A DNA stretch of 64,000 nt from Camelus dromedarius (lineage: Eukaryota): assembly GCF_036321535.1 (NCBI RefSeq), contig NC_087437.1, positions 81,842,001 to 81,906,000 on the forward strand, written 5' to 3'. Both the position numbers and the translations under genes were made by a program. Below, in pieces: positions 61,701 through 64,000 of the stretch. Numbering within the stretch: the stretch's first letter is position 1; each line of letters starts with the position of its first letter. Under the pieces are notes generated by a model that saw only the letters and a list, made by a program, of their open reading frames with translations, searched no databases and was not told the DNA's origin.

Positions 61701-64000
61701 CCCAACCACCTGGCCTGAGCCAGAAGGTAACACATACTCCACTTTCACTTTCTTCTGTGAACTTTCCATTTTCAGGTGCCATCTCTTTATCAATTCCTTT
61801 TTGTCCCCTCCTCTCTTTTTCTAAAATGGCTATAACACCCCAAAATCATGAAAAGGTGTAGCTATTCTAACAACAGGCAAAAATGCCAGAGGAAACCTAG
61901 GAAGCAAGAGATTGCATTGTCTTTCCAATGGTTACAGTACATGTAATGTCAGATCATCAGCCAAATACAGTGTAATAAAAAAAAAACATGAGCTCAGAGG
62001 TGGGACCTCAGTTCCAAACTTTTAATTTTCACAGACTCTGATACAGTACCTCAATTTTCTTTGCTTCTTAAGGCTCACTCACTGGTGTTTTTTATTTTCC
62101 ACTGCAAATAACAACTGGGCAGTGGAAAATAACTATGCAAAAATGATGGAAACAAATGATGACACCGAAAAAAAAAGATCCTTATGTCTTCTATCTATTA
62201 GATCCAAGTCAGGCAGAATGGAATCTCTCTCACTTTCTTTTCCCCTGGGCTTGGCCAGTTTCTGGGTGTCCTTCACCTATGTCTGTCCTACAGAAGTACC
62301 TATGAAGCTAACAGAATGAAAAACAGAGTGATGTTTTGAAGGACCCTTGAATACTCAGGCTCAATATAAGATACACATGAGATTTTTCCAAAATCATGCT
62401 CAATGCTATTTCTATAACAGTATGTGCAACTGTTGGAACTGCAGGCTTTTCCAAAGCAATGGAGTTAACACTCTGACAAAGCCATGCCATTACAAGCATG
62501 TAGGCTGAGCTGGAGGAACAAGAATGAATATATAGGCCAGACGAAGCCCAAGAGCTGAGAGTGGACTTAGTACTGGTTCAACAGGGGCTGGCAATGCATG
62601 GGAGGACCCATGGAAGGTTTACTCTTTTCTTCACAATAGAGCAGTGCCAGGGCTCTCCCCTCTTAATGTTAGTGCACCTGAATCAAGAGACCTGTATGAT
62701 TCCCGAGATACCCAAAGTTATTCGAATCCCATTCTTTCCCTCTGGTTTTCCCTATTTTTATTTAAAATCTTCATTTGATTTTTATTATTTTTTGTTTCCA
62801 AGCTATTACAGCTTCTCTGTGGAAAAAGAAGATGGATATAACTGTTTGTCTCATATCTTCTCTCACTCTTCCTCTGAGAGACAGACAGACACAAATACAC
62901 ACACAGACATGCACACAAACACATGCATGGACCTAGAATCCAAGCTATTTTTATTGTTCCTTCTCCATTAAAAAGGTAAGAGTTTTATAAAGTATCAGAT
63001 ATTCTTTCTTTAACCTGCAAATCATTGTTTCTATAGAATTATCTTTGTGTCTATTTTGAGAGTTTAAAAATACAAGCAACCAAAGATACCTGATACAAAA
63101 TTCACTAATCTGTTCATAGCACTGCTTTGAGGAAGGCCAACACTTTTCTAAAATAGGGTCATAATGCAGCTCTTGTTTCAAACTCAAGAGCTCAAGATAG
63201 CTCCTTTTTGCCTCTTTGTTCTAATACTCAAAAATTCTCTGAATAAAACAAAATGTAATAGAAATTTTCTCTGCAATGAGGCAATCCTGAACATTGGGAA
63301 AGGATTCCTTTTCTCTTGAAGTTTCTTACCTAATTCTGTGCACCATTAGCTTATTTCTTGGTGGTAAAGATGCCTAACTTGGAAGGAAAAAATGAACCAA
63401 GAGCGATAGAGCTGAGGGCATAAAAACGTTAAGTCTCACTTCTTAGCAACTCCAAAGAAAAATGAACTTACTGTGTATAAAGAGAGCTTAGAGTATGTGT
63501 CACCAGAAATTCAAGTACTTTTAACAATTTTGTTTGATGCTTAGAAAAGCAGTGGTATAGGGATGACTGCATTCTCCAGTTTTCTAGGTGAGAGCAGTAA
63601 GCTGCGGAATTCTGCATGGGGATCCGAGGTCTAGGCAATCGACAGGCCTTGAAAAGCAGAGCACATAGATACAAAGAAAACCCAAAGTTATTCATTACCT
63701 TCTAATAAAATAGCTCTTAGTAAGTAAATAGCAACATGTATAGTGGATTGGTAAATTTTAAACTAAATCATTAAAAATAAACACTTAATGCTGGGTCTCT
63801 CACATGCTGTATCTTAGGCCTTTGAAATTCCCAGAGCTAAATAGATCAATTCTGTTTCTATACTAACGGCATCTAACCTTTAGAAATTCAGGGACTACAG
63901 AGAAAATATTTTGGCTTTCTAGTGTAAACTCGTACAGATTTTGAACTTACAGCTTCTGGTTGTAAACTTGTCTTCTACCAGGAAGCCACATTACTAAACT

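Noticed and set aside
422..63695. ORFs in the supplied track (60-158 aa)
   Set aside because: All are short, many start at non-ATG codons, many lie in repeats, and none resembles a protein I recognise. This is the expected noise in mammalian non-coding DNA.

Overview
AT-rich, CpG-poor mammalian non-coding DNA, most likely camelid. The evidence is two tRNA-derived vic-1-type SINEs and a camelid-style L1 3' end. I can support no protein-coding gene, RNA gene or CRISPR array; the ORF track looks like chance ORFs. The window is dominated by repeats, assigned by eye from remembered consensus sequences, so subfamily names are approximate: MIR, L2, L1M, MER5, MER20, MER46C, MER58B, MER102, MaLR LTRs and an ERV1-type solo LTR. 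The clearest unusual structure is a three-level nest at about 24.65-27.15 kb. A MIR is split by an old L1 3' end, which is itself split by a ~2.05-kb unique 3'UTR-like retrocopy with a 17-bp target-site duplication (TSD). Other observations are two local tandem duplications (91 and 77 bp), a canonical CTCF motif, two G-quadruplex motifs, a cluster of D-box octamers and a few frame-preserving minus-strand exon candidates. An apparent excess of A-runs on the + strand weakly suggests an intron of a minus-strand gene. I found no convincing new biological system.
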